Source of the DNA: a virus
Lineage: Duplodnaviria > Caudoviricetes
DNA: 35,808 bases
Virus record (IMG/VR): IMGVR_UViG_3300043416_000055
Coordinates: 1 to 35,808 of that record
Strand: one strand, 5' to 3'
This document shows, in pieces, positions 1-8,422 of the stretch (the first letter of the stretch is position 1; each line of letters starts with the position of its first letter). The notes beneath the pieces were generated by a model. That model made no database searches and was not told where the DNA came from. It worked only from the letters and a program-made list of their open reading frames with translations. The position numbers and the translations under genes are program-made.

Positions 1-137
1 CCAACTTGAAGTCACCACCATCAAGCACATGGAAGATGCGCTAGATATTGTCATCTCAGAAATCAAGAACCGCAAGGCGCGGGTAATTATGGAGAAAACA
101 ACATGAGATTTTTAAAGTTTCTGAAGGACTACTACCG
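1..137. repeat. Terminal direct repeat, left copy (circular-assembly overlap or terminal redundancy)
   Basis: 1-137 matches 35672-35808; identical for 126 bp, then mismatches at 127 (G vs A) and 129 (C vs T). Confidence 0.97.
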
Positions 138-294
138 CGACCTAACGCCAGCCGAAGTTATCCAGCGCGAACTGGCTTGCGCCCATCTGGATCGCCTTGA
201 GGCCGAAGGTGCAGTCGAGTATGCCCAGGCTGTGCTAGACATGAATATGACCCGCATAGAGCGTTTGAACACACGTTTAGGAGAGTACAAATGA
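103..294 (+). CDS. Hypothetical early protein, 63 aa
   Basis: GGAG RBS; ATGA overlaps with the upstream (wrapped) and downstream genes. Confidence 0.8.
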   Translation: MRFLKFLKDYYRDLTPAEVIQRELACAHLDRLEAEGAVEYAQAVLDMNMTRIERLNTRLGEYK

Positions 295-491
295 ACGTTG
301 AAATAGCGAAAGACTACACCGACTGGCACATCAAGACTGGCGGCTTTGCAAGGGATATGACCATGCGTGACCACTTTGCGGGGCTGGCTATGCAGGCTTT
401 TTTAACAGCAGACGTTGACTTTAGCAATGAACTTATGGTTTATACCGCATACAGCATGGCAGACGCAATGCTCAAGGAGCGTGCCAAATGA
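291..491 (+). CDS. Small phage protein of the common 'MTLRDYFA..AMQ...AY..ADAML' family
   Basis: MTMRDHFAGLAMQA...AYSMADAMLKER motif; GGAG RBS; ATGA coupling. Confidence 0.85.
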   Translation: MNVEIAKDYTDWHIKTGGFARDMTMRDHFAGLAMQAFLTADVDFSNELMVYTAYSMADAMLKERAK

Positions 492-709
492 ACACCTGTT
501 GTGATTATGGAAAATGCACCAATGGCCCAGACTGCCCTGTACGCAAGCAGCGCATCAAGGAAGTGAACGATGCCTATGCCAATGGCTTTAAGGACGCGCA
601 GTTAAACGACCCGATAGACGACCTTGCCGACACGTTTAAAGCACTGCTTACCATGTTGACTTTAGTGCTAGGCGTGTGGATTGTTTGCTTGATTATTTGG
701 GGGAAGTAA
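488..709 (+). CDS. Small Cys-rich protein with C-terminal transmembrane helix
   Basis: CCDYGKCTNGPDCP N-terminus; hydrophobic C-terminus; AAGGAG RBS. Confidence 0.8.
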   Translation: MNTCCDYGKCTNGPDCPVRKQRIKEVNDAYANGFKDAQLNDPIDDLADTFKALLTMLTLVLGVWIVCLIIWGK

Positions 710-993
710 TGAACATCATTGAACTAGCAAACGATTCGGGCCTTGTTTATTACGGCATGGGCAAAGACCGCGCTAGGTTTATACATCACTTGGAAAACTT
801 TGCCCACTTGGTAGCAGCAGCAGCCCGTGCTGATGAGCGTGAGGAATGTGCGAAGTTCTGCGAGACAAACCAAGTTTGGGTTGGCAAGGGCAAACGTGGC
901 TTCAGCGAATGGGGTGAAGACGATTTCGTCACTGGCGGCATACACCAAGGCATGGATTACGCCGCCGCCATCAGAGCAAGGGGAACAACATGA
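709..993 (+). CDS. Hypothetical early protein (..EREECAK..AAAIRARG type)
   Basis: Start moved to ATG 709 (TAATG coupling); motif common in proteobacterial phage early genes. Confidence 0.8.
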   Translation: MNIIELANDSGLVYYGMGKDRARFIHHLENFAHLVAAAARADEREECAKFCETNQVWVGKGKRGFSEWGEDDFVTGGIHQGMDYAAAIRARGTT

Positions 994-1217
994 AACTTCA
1001 AGACGAACTAGCACACCACCGCTTAGCCATTATGCGCTTGCGCGTTCGTGGTGTGAACACAAAGCCGCAGAACTATCTTCAAAATGAAATCACAACTTTA
1101 CGGGAGTTATGCAATACCGTTGTGCGACAACGTGACGATCTTGTACGGACACTTGAGAAGGCTGAGGCCCACATCAAATTTTTGGAAGATGAAATTAGAA
1201 CAAAAGGCCTTTTATGA
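990..1217 (+). CDS. Hypothetical coiled-coil protein
   Basis: ATGA overlaps at both ends; heptad-like pattern. Confidence 0.7.
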   Translation: MKLQDELAHHRLAIMRLRVRGVNTKPQNYLQNEITTLRELCNTVVRQRDDLVRTLEKAEAHIKFLEDEIRTKGLL

Positions 1218-1456
1218 CCAAGATGACACCGTGGTTCCCATCGCACATCAAGCCAGTGCATAAAGGTGTGTATGAAGTGCGAACACCAAACAACGAGCAG
1301 AATAAATATTGCTATTACGACCATCGTGGATGGCGGCTATGTAGTGATCGAATAGATTACGCTGAACAAGAAAAGCGCTACACATCAGAATTTATGCATT
1401 CAAGCATGGTGCTTGTCGGCTCAAAATGGCGTGGATTTAAGGAGAAACAAACATGA
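1214..1456 (+). CDS. Hypothetical protein (TPWFP..KPVH.GVY...WRG type)
   Basis: Recurrent phage motif; ATGA coupling. Confidence 0.8.
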   Translation: MTKMTPWFPSHIKPVHKGVYEVRTPNNEQNKYCYYDHRGWRLCSDRIDYAEQEKRYTSEFMHSSMVLVGSKWRGFKEKQT

Positions 1457-1536
1457 CAGGCCAACAATATTATTGCGTGTATTGCAAACGACCTGTGTTC
1501 ACAATATTAACCAAGTGTAGGAGTTGCGGAAAATGA
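1453..1536 (+). CDS. 27-aa zinc-ribbon microprotein (not in ORF track)
   Basis: MTGQQYYCVYCKRPVFTILTKCRSCGK; AAGGAG RBS; ATGA overlaps at both ends. Confidence 0.7.
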   Translation: MTGQQYYCVYCKRPVFTILTKCRSCGK

Positions 1537-1925
1537 CAGGCTACAAATCTAAGAAGGCAGCGGCGCGGGACAAACTAGACAGCATGGAACGTGAAGCATT
1601 GAATCTGGCATTGAAGGTATTGGAAGATTTGCCAGGATTTAGAGCAGATATTGACAATGCCATTACCGCTATCAAAGAATCCTTGGCACAGCCAGCGCAG
1701 GAGCCTGTGGCGGTTAATCAATTCCGATCACCCCATTGTTCTGATTGGTATGACGGTATCCCCGACCATCACGATGGGCATGGGCCATATGAGGTTCGCA
1801 CCCTCTACACCACCGCGCCCGCAGCACAGCCAGCGCAGGAGCGTAACTTCTGCCCCCGCTGCGGCAAGCGCACAGCAGACCTTACCGTGATTCACACTTG
1901 CACACCGCCAAAGGAAAACACATGA
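1533..1925 (+). CDS. Mosaic early protein with AQPAQE linkers and a C-terminal CxxC..HxC zinc finger
   Basis: Start moved to ATG 1533; AQPAQEPVA...LYT module; FCPRCGK...HTC. Confidence 0.8.
   Translation: MTGYKSKKAAARDKLDSMEREALNLALKVLEDLPGFRADIDNAITAIKESLAQPAQEPVAVNQFRSPHCSDWYDGIPDHHDGHGPYEVRTLYTTAPAAQPAQERNFCPRCGKRTADLTVIHTCTPPKENT
1686..1842 (+). repeat. 19-bp direct repeat GCACAGCCAGCGCAGGAGC (1686-1704, 1824-1842)
   Basis: Exact match, 138 bp apart (in frame). Confidence 0.95.
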
Positions 1926-2131
1926 CAGTTACACGTTTTGCAAATGGCAGCGACTCTAAGCGCAGAGTCCTCGGCCTTGCCGGAGAATGGTCACCACGCG
2001 AGAAACTGCCAGGTGAGGCAGAGCCTTCATCAATATCCATCTGGCGGCAGCCGGTGTACAAACCGCCAACTATGGAAACACCTCGACCTGGTGCTAATGA
2101 CCACCTTAACGTAAGGAGTAGAGGGATATGA
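1922..2131 (+). CDS. Hypothetical protein (..RPGA.DHL...SRG type)
   Basis: ATG 1922 overlaps the upstream TGA; AAGGA RBS. Confidence 0.8.
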   Translation: MTVTRFANGSDSKRRVLGLAGEWSPREKLPGEAEPSSISIWRQPVYKPPTMETPRPGANDHLNVRSRGI

Positions 2132-2499
2132 AGTCGGTGAGGGAGCCGCGCATACTGGACATATTGCAGCGCAAGGATATGTCCACCTCAGAGATATGCG
2201 TCCTCGTTCACTGCACCCAAAGGTCAGCGCAGGAGCTGCTGACAAAGATGCGCCGAAAGGGTCTGGTGTACAGGTCAGGATGGCGCAGGCAGCCAGATGG
2301 CATTGCGGCGCTGTTTAGGGCCGGTATCGGGGTTGATGCGCCAAAGCCACCAAGAACAACAAGCACAGAGCGTGTACGCAAGCTACGCGCAAGGGAGACT
2401 CAAGAGGACAAAGAGTTTCGCCAGGCGCGTGAGAAGGCCAAGAGCATTAAACCAAGGCGCGATCCAATGATTGCGGCGTTTTTTGGAGAGTACAAGTGA
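2128..2499 (+). CDS. Winged-HTH DNA-binding protein
   Basis: ILDILQRKDMSTSEICVLVHCTQRSAQELLTKMRRKGLV helix-turn-helix pattern. Confidence 0.75.
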   Translation: MKSVREPRILDILQRKDMSTSEICVLVHCTQRSAQELLTKMRRKGLVYRSGWRRQPDGIAALFRAGIGVDAPKPPRTTSTERVRKLRARETQEDKEFRQAREKAKSIKPRRDPMIAAFFGEYK

Positions 2500-2714
2500 A
2501 AGAAATAGAAATACTCAAACGATTGCTTGACCAGGCTAATGCTATTGAGGCAGAGACAGGTGAAGTGCCTACTGCCGTCGAAGCATTAACCTGGGCTATT
2601 GATGAGATTACTCATTATTCATTGAGTCGTAAGCAAGCAAGCCACCGGCTCCAGCCCCAAGCAATGCCGCCAGTTGTGGATCAATGTACCCAGCATGAGT
2701 CTGTCCACGAATAA
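2496..2714 (+). CDS. Hypothetical protein; 3' part probably read-through into the convergent gene
   Basis: GGAG RBS and GTGA coupling support the start; last 107 bp overlap the - strand gene. Confidence 0.55.
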   Translation: MKEIEILKRLLDQANAIEAETGEVPTAVEALTWAIDEITHYSLSRKQASHRLQPQAMPPVVDQCTQHESVHE

Positions 2715-4149
2715 TCATATCGCGTGCAGTTTCTGGTGATACGTTTAGTCGCCTAGCAGTCTTACCAATTTGCTGGGAAAGCAATTCCAATTTACCTGCA
2801 CCAATTGGTGATGTAACACCAGTTGCGCCCGATCCAGCACCCCATATAACTGCTTGCGCAGGGACCGGCTCTAACCCCATAGGAGCTGCAATTTGATTTT
2901 GCCACCAAGGTCCAAGAGATACCATCTCAGGTACAGATGCACTTGCATTTGGCACTGATGCCTTACCCTTTTTGGTAGTAGCACCACGCACATCAGGCAA
3001 TCCAACTATGCGTGACCAGTGCGCATCACCAACTGGCCATTGAGTCTGAAATCCTGTTTCTGGTACGCCAGACGCTGCAATGTAACTTGGCACTTTTGCA
3101 GATTTCATATCAAGTAATCCACCACTCAAGTACTTTTCCATAGGTCCAGCTTGTGCTGTCTTATGGTAAGGGTGGCCCATGATTGCTTCAAGTTCTGGTG
3201 GGAAATCGCTTTTACGTTTGTAAACTGGCAGTCCACCATACTTTTTAAAGTCTTGAAACCTTCCAGCTTTATCCATCATGTAAGCAGCAGAACCACGATT
3301 TAACTCGGTAAGAACCTCGCTTCCAGGACTAGACATTCCGGTTAATGTATTGAATTTGTTATATTCAGTAATGGCTTGCTCTGGACCATAGATATCAGCA
3401 AATCGTTGAAATAACGGGTCCATTGTGTACCAAGACGCCATACCCTTATACAAATCAGGCTGCTGCTGTGCCTCACCAATGATGTCAGTAATCCTTTTCG
3501 TATTTTTAGGATTCATTACCTCTGTTGCGTGCTCCGCACCAGTAGCATTTTTTGCAGCCTTGAAAGGTCGATCAGTAATGTTACCTTGACGCTGACCTTG
3601 CTGAGATATGTTCCAAAGGTCTTCCCTGGTAACGCCAAATAATTGATTTAACAATGGGTCTTCTGGGGCCACGCGGGATGCAGCTTCCGCTACAAGTTCT
3701 TTTGGATTCTGATAAATATTGGGATAAGCAATACGCTGTGGACGCATTACTGTTGCATCTTTTTTACCAATTTTTACAGCACCAGTCTGCGATCCAAACT
3801 GACTAGGAATTGCAGCGTTTTCTGCCATCCTGGCCATTGATTGGCGCATGGGTATTGCAGAAAGCGCAGCGGCCTCTGGCAGTATTGGCGGTATCTTGGC
3901 ATCCGATAGCAGTCCACCAAGGTACTGCATAGCGTTCTGAGCACCCTCAGTTCTAGGCTGATAGGTATTGCGCTCAATAAACCTACGCGCTTCATCCTCA
4001 GCAATCCTATTGGCCTCTGGAGTGCCATACTTGCCACTTGTAATCCCCTTGTACACGCCATAAGGCATACCCACCATGCTGGATACAGCACCAGTGCCAA
4101 GCATAGCGCCTGTCTCTCCAATGCTCTCTAAATAGTCAAGCAAGCCCAT
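2608..4149 (-). CDS. Putative ejected (internal virion) protein with a C-terminal catalytic-like domain (DUF7178-like by motif)
   Basis: Last gene of the ejection cluster; AAGGAG RBS; WY..SP..N..K..DAH..QA.IW motif series. Confidence 0.8.
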   Translation of the reverse strand: MGLLDYLESIGETGAMLGTGAVSSMVGMPYGVYKGITSGKYGTPEANRIAEDEARRFIERNTYQPRTEGAQNAMQYLGGLLSDAKIPPILPEAAALSAIPMRQSMARMAENAAIPSQFGSQTGAVKIGKKDATVMRPQRIAYPNIYQNPKELVAEAASRVAPEDPLLNQLFGVTREDLWNISQQGQRQGNITDRPFKAAKNATGAEHATEVMNPKNTKRITDIIGEAQQQPDLYKGMASWYTMDPLFQRFADIYGPEQAITEYNKFNTLTGMSSPGSEVLTELNRGSAAYMMDKAGRFQDFKKYGGLPVYKRKSDFPPELEAIMGHPYHKTAQAGPMEKYLSGGLLDMKSAKVPSYIAASGVPETGFQTQWPVGDAHWSRIVGLPDVRGATTKKGKASVPNASASVPEMVSLGPWWQNQIAAPMGLEPVPAQAVIWGAGSGATGVTSPIGAGKLELLSQQIGKTARRLNVSPETARDMIIRGQTHAGYIDPQLAALLGAGAGGLLAYDSMNNE

Positions 4150-4161
4150 TTCAGTTACTCC

Positions 4162-6159
4162 TTATTGGCTAGGTTGCGGGTTAGCCATACGCCGCGCTGC
4201 GGTGCTGGATACACCATACGGGACGGTCCTACCAACAAACCGACTCAGGTTTGCTACTTGCTGCTGGAACATAGCCATACCGCTTTCATCCATCAAAGCC
4301 TTGCGGACAATGGCAGGGTCCTGAGATACCAAAACTCTGGCCACCTGGTCGCGCTCAAAGTCAGATAGGTTTTGGTTTTGGTTGCTGATAAGTTTGCGTG
4401 CGACCCTATACGCTGAAGACGCCATTGTTAGTGGGTTCCCACTTATCACGTTAGCGACTTCCTCTGCCGAAATATTCGATCCTTGCTTTGCTTCTTGCAG
4501 CAGGCTGGATGCGGTATCCGAACCGCCCATCACCTTGGTCTTTGCAGCCTGTGATGCGGCAGCATTCTCTACACGCGCCATGAGTGATGCTAGGTCGTCT
4601 TGCGGGTACACAGTGCGCAGGATGTCGCCCTCTTTACGTTTTGGATCAGTAAACGTAGCCATCATTGTCTTGCGCTGGCCTGTTGACATCCTGTTGCGTA
4701 TTGCGTCCATTGTCCCAGCCCTAAACGCAGAGAGTTTTGCAGGGTCACTGGACAATTCTTCAAATAGGATCGAAACCTCATCAGCAGATTTTGAAAATAC
4801 CTTACGCCCCTCATTAAACGCATCTTTAGCAGAACGACGTGCAGATGCCTCGGCCCTAGCTACGCCCACTGCTGGGGCAGATGTATCAATGGCTTGACGT
4901 AATGCTTGCTCTGCTGTTTTTAGTGGGCCGCCAGCAGCGCCAAGTCCTGCTGTGTATGCCTCATCAACCGACGCTTGAATTCCGCGCCTGATGATTTCTG
5001 CGTCTTTTATAGTCGGCGCTCTACTAAAAACTATGTTTCCATCTTTGTCAAAATTGAAAAATGGACGCTTACCTGTTTCTGCTTGGTAAACCTTGTTTAT
5101 TGTTTGTATTGAATTCTCAGACCGTTTAAAAGCATTGGTGATGCTGTTTAATAAGTTGGAGTCAATTACGCCACCTTGTGCAAACGCATCCTCATACAAT
5201 TGATTTTCTTGTTCTGCTAATTTTTTATCAGACAACTTGAATTGTCTAAGCACGTTATCCGGTGTCTTTGCAAGACGTGACTGCATCTCAGTCAATGCTG
5301 TTTGGCGTAGTTGCTCTGGCCTCTTAGATAGTGTGTTTGCAATGGTAGTCGCAGCCTTACCACCCTGTGCATACATAGCGCGTACAGCAGACAGTAGGGT
5401 AGAGTTCTCGGCCATGATCCTGCCGCTAGATATGTCGCTGACGATTTCGTCTACTGTCTTTCCTGTGATGTCCATAAGACGCTGAATTTCAGTCTCAACA
5501 ATCTTTGCACCACGGCCACCAGATATGCGCCTAGCGGCATCAAGCAACTGATTACCAAGCATTCCAGTAGCGCCTACTGCCGCCGTGAACACAGGCGCCA
5601 CAAGAGCACCAGTGGCCACTCCAGTAGGAACCTTGGATGCGCGATCTATGAAGTCGCCCTCACCGCCTAGAAATCCAGCAGTTCCACCCATAGCGCCACC
5701 GATTGCGCTTGAACCCAGCATACGCTTTACGGCAGGCATAGCACCCGCTATTACGGGTCCGGTTACTGGCTCGGACGCGCCTCTAGTTCCTAATGTAACT
5801 GCTGCCGGAATTAGGGTTGCACCGAGAGCCTCGTAGCCTAATGCTTCTACTGGAGATTGTTGCTGGTATGCCTTTAATTTTGAAAGTACATCTTGTTGTG
5901 CCGTACCTTGGTTCTCCCCAATTAGCGAGCGCAGATATGCCTCTGCCTCGTCGTAGCCACCAAGCAGCATACCCTGGCCCATTGACCTGAGTCTCTGTGT
6001 GTCTGCCGGTAGAGGAGCTGCCACTGGTGCAGGTGCAGCCGCTGGCGTAGCAAGCGCAGTGCGCAATACCATGAGTTGCTCTGTTGTGAAACCAGAGAAA
6101 TCTCCGACCTGCGCTTTGCGCAACTCATCATCAGTAAATTGGCTTAGTCCATCGCTCAT
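4162..6159 (-). CDS. Internal virion / DNA-ejection protein, 665 aa
   Basis: Ala/Gly-rich helical protein with hydrophobic Gly-zipper segments; lies after nozzle and GNAT. Confidence 0.8.
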   Translation of the reverse strand: MSDGLSQFTDDELRKAQVGDFSGFTTEQLMVLRTALATPAAAPAPVAAPLPADTQRLRSMGQGMLLGGYDEAEAYLRSLIGENQGTAQQDVLSKLKAYQQQSPVEALGYEALGATLIPAAVTLGTRGASEPVTGPVIAGAMPAVKRMLGSSAIGGAMGGTAGFLGGEGDFIDRASKVPTGVATGALVAPVFTAAVGATGMLGNQLLDAARRISGGRGAKIVETEIQRLMDITGKTVDEIVSDISSGRIMAENSTLLSAVRAMYAQGGKAATTIANTLSKRPEQLRQTALTEMQSRLAKTPDNVLRQFKLSDKKLAEQENQLYEDAFAQGGVIDSNLLNSITNAFKRSENSIQTINKVYQAETGKRPFFNFDKDGNIVFSRAPTIKDAEIIRRGIQASVDEAYTAGLGAAGGPLKTAEQALRQAIDTSAPAVGVARAEASARRSAKDAFNEGRKVFSKSADEVSILFEELSSDPAKLSAFRAGTMDAIRNRMSTGQRKTMMATFTDPKRKEGDILRTVYPQDDLASLMARVENAAASQAAKTKVMGGSDTASSLLQEAKQGSNISAEEVANVISGNPLTMASSAYRVARKLISNQNQNLSDFERDQVARVLVSQDPAIVRKALMDESGMAMFQQQVANLSRFVGRTVPYGVSSTAARRMANPQPSQ

Positions 6160-7670
6160 CGCATTCCACCTCCACGTTGTTGCTGTGCGCGTTTTGCTAA
6201 CTCAGCATCAATGCCACTTTGCATTGGGGTTGCACCGCCAGCAGGTTGATATGGCGTGACAGTGTAGAAAGGTACATATTGCTCAGAACCAGGCAATGCA
6301 GAGAACTTAGATAAATACTCTTGATGTTGGGCAATACGATACCTTGCAACCTTCTGAGCAGTCTCTAATGCGGTTTTCAACTCAACAGCACTTAGAGATT
6401 GATCTCCAACTGCTGCACGGCGTAACAATTCACGCTCTGGTGCAGTAATAGCGCCCTGCCCCTTCATTTGTCCCGCTGCTGAAAGTTCTTGCTGTGCAAG
6501 TCCCTGTACCAAAATTTGAGTCTTAGCAAGTACATCATTTGCATCTTTACCAACAACACCAAGTTGCTGCCCTACGCGAATGAGAGTAGTTCTGGAATCT
6601 GCCAATGGTCCAGTAATAGCTCCTTGAAGTGCTGGCAGCATCCTATCCACATTCATCAATGTATCGTTTGCAGACCTGGCTTGAGATGTAAAGTCACCCA
6701 TCTGAGCAACAATGTCTTTGTTGATTTCACCGGCTCGTACTTTTTCACCAGTGTTAACACGAACATCTGTCTTAGGTGCAATCTGCGCACGATATTGGCC
6801 AACAGCAGCAGTGCCAGCAGCACCAGTTCCACCTAGTGTTTTACCTAAAAGGTACTCCACCGCACGAATATCAGGTGACTGTGCCTCGTAAGGCATAGTA
6901 CCTTGAGCAATCCTGGGTTCGCCTTTTTTGTTGTACTGGACCATCCGAATTTGTCCGTTGACAACTTGCGCTACTGGTGCGCCGTATTCTTCAGCACCTA
7001 GATCAGCCGGTGCAATTGGCGCTGGTATCACGCCACCGTTTTCTGTCTGAATGTAATAATTTCCATCAGCAGCTTTGAATGCCTGGCCTTGCGTCTTTGG
7101 TGGCTGCGATAGCTTGTACAGTTCTTGGATGCCTTCTTTTGGTGTCATCTGCGAAAGTAGCGTAGCCATTTGCGGCGTCAAAGTACCGCGCTGCATTGCA
7201 CCACCACCGCCACCCAGATTGCGAGAAGGTTGACCAATCATCTCGGCCCTGGCAATCGTAGGTCCGGCAGGAAGTTGCGGTGTAACTGGTGCAGCCAATG
7301 CAGACTCTGAAGTCATGGCGCCCATTTCTGGAGCTTGTCCACCAGTTAATCCTGCAACCATCTTGGCGTAGTTCTCTTGCATCTTGCGAGCACGCTCTGC
7401 TTCTTCTAACTTCTGCTTAGTCAGCAACCCAGCAATACCCTGCTGCTGCGCCTGCTGATAACCCGTCTGTCCAGCCCCATACGCCTCGCCTAGAGCCTGG
7501 CCAATACCAATGGGAGTAGCACTAGGTCCAGAGGCCTTCAAGAGCGCCATAGCAGCCTGCATGACGCCCTGGTTGCGCATCGCCTTTAATTGCTCGGGGT
7601 CTAGGTAACCCTCTAGGCCGCTGGATGGCGCATTGCCAAACAGCAAGCCGCCTAAATCAAAATCTGCCAT
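6156..7670 (-). CDS. Internal virion / DNA-ejection protein, 504 aa
   Basis: Gln/Ala/Gly-rich; AAGGA RBS; synteny. Confidence 0.8.
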   Translation of the reverse strand: MADFDLGGLLFGNAPSSGLEGYLDPEQLKAMRNQGVMQAAMALLKASGPSATPIGIGQALGEAYGAGQTGYQQAQQQGIAGLLTKQKLEEAERARKMQENYAKMVAGLTGGQAPEMGAMTSESALAAPVTPQLPAGPTIARAEMIGQPSRNLGGGGGAMQRGTLTPQMATLLSQMTPKEGIQELYKLSQPPKTQGQAFKAADGNYYIQTENGGVIPAPIAPADLGAEEYGAPVAQVVNGQIRMVQYNKKGEPRIAQGTMPYEAQSPDIRAVEYLLGKTLGGTGAAGTAAVGQYRAQIAPKTDVRVNTGEKVRAGEINKDIVAQMGDFTSQARSANDTLMNVDRMLPALQGAITGPLADSRTTLIRVGQQLGVVGKDANDVLAKTQILVQGLAQQELSAAGQMKGQGAITAPERELLRRAAVGDQSLSAVELKTALETAQKVARYRIAQHQEYLSKFSALPGSEQYVPFYTVTPYQPAGGATPMQSGIDAELAKRAQQQRGGGMR

Positions 7671-7682
7671 GATGTTGTTCCT

Positions 7683-8411
7683 TTAACCAAAGAGTCCAAG
7701 CAAGCCGCCAAGTGCAGCACCATAAGGACCACCCAACTGGAAACCGGCAGCAGCACCACCCAAAGCACCAGCACCAACGTTTCTGGTGTACGGCGTACTC
7801 GTTGTCTGGCCAAGGTTTGGCACACCCTGACCTAAAGCAGACTGCGCGACCTGTAGCTTTTGCAGACCGATATTGCGCTGCGCGTCCATCTGATCTTGCA
7901 ACAACTTTTGGCGTGCAGAACCCAAGGCCATCACGTTCTGGCCACCTTGGATGTTCTGGCCTCTAGCGTACTGCGCCAAGCTCGCAGCTTGGCCATAGCC
8001 CTGCTGACGCATATTCGCTGACAGGTCAGCGGCCTGCTTGAGGGCAGCAGCGTTTGTGAGTGCGGCCTGCACGCCTTGGCGTGAACCACCAAACGATCTA
8101 GCTTGCGTTGCAGCCTGACGATCTCTAATGTCTGCCATCTGACGGCTTGACTCAATATCTCCCAGGCTGCGGTTGATTACGTCCTCCTGGTACGGGTTCA
8201 TAAAGGCAGCAATACTCTTGCCTGTGAACGGGTCAACAGACTGATTGAATACTTGCTCCTCACCAACCTGGTACATGGGATTGAACCCAGCAAACTGCTG
8301 CACGGGTAGCGCACTAGCAACACCCTGCGCCTGCTCCAGGTTAGCTAAGAATGCTTTCTTGAGTTCTGGATCAATGCTCGTTGTCGCCGTCTGATTTCCA
8401 CCTTTGCTCAT
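7683..8411 (-). CDS. Pilot/ejection protein (P22 gp7-like position)
   Basis: MSKGG start; NPY and FGGSR motifs; C-terminal glycine zipper. Confidence 0.8.
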   Translation of the reverse strand: MSKGGNQTATTSIDPELKKAFLANLEQAQGVASALPVQQFAGFNPMYQVGEEQVFNQSVDPFTGKSIAAFMNPYQEDVINRSLGDIESSRQMADIRDRQAATQARSFGGSRQGVQAALTNAAALKQAADLSANMRQQGYGQAASLAQYARGQNIQGGQNVMALGSARQKLLQDQMDAQRNIGLQKLQVAQSALGQGVPNLGQTTSTPYTRNVGAGALGGAAAGFQLGGPYGAALGGLLGLFG

Positions 8412-8422
8412 ACGTTTCCCCT

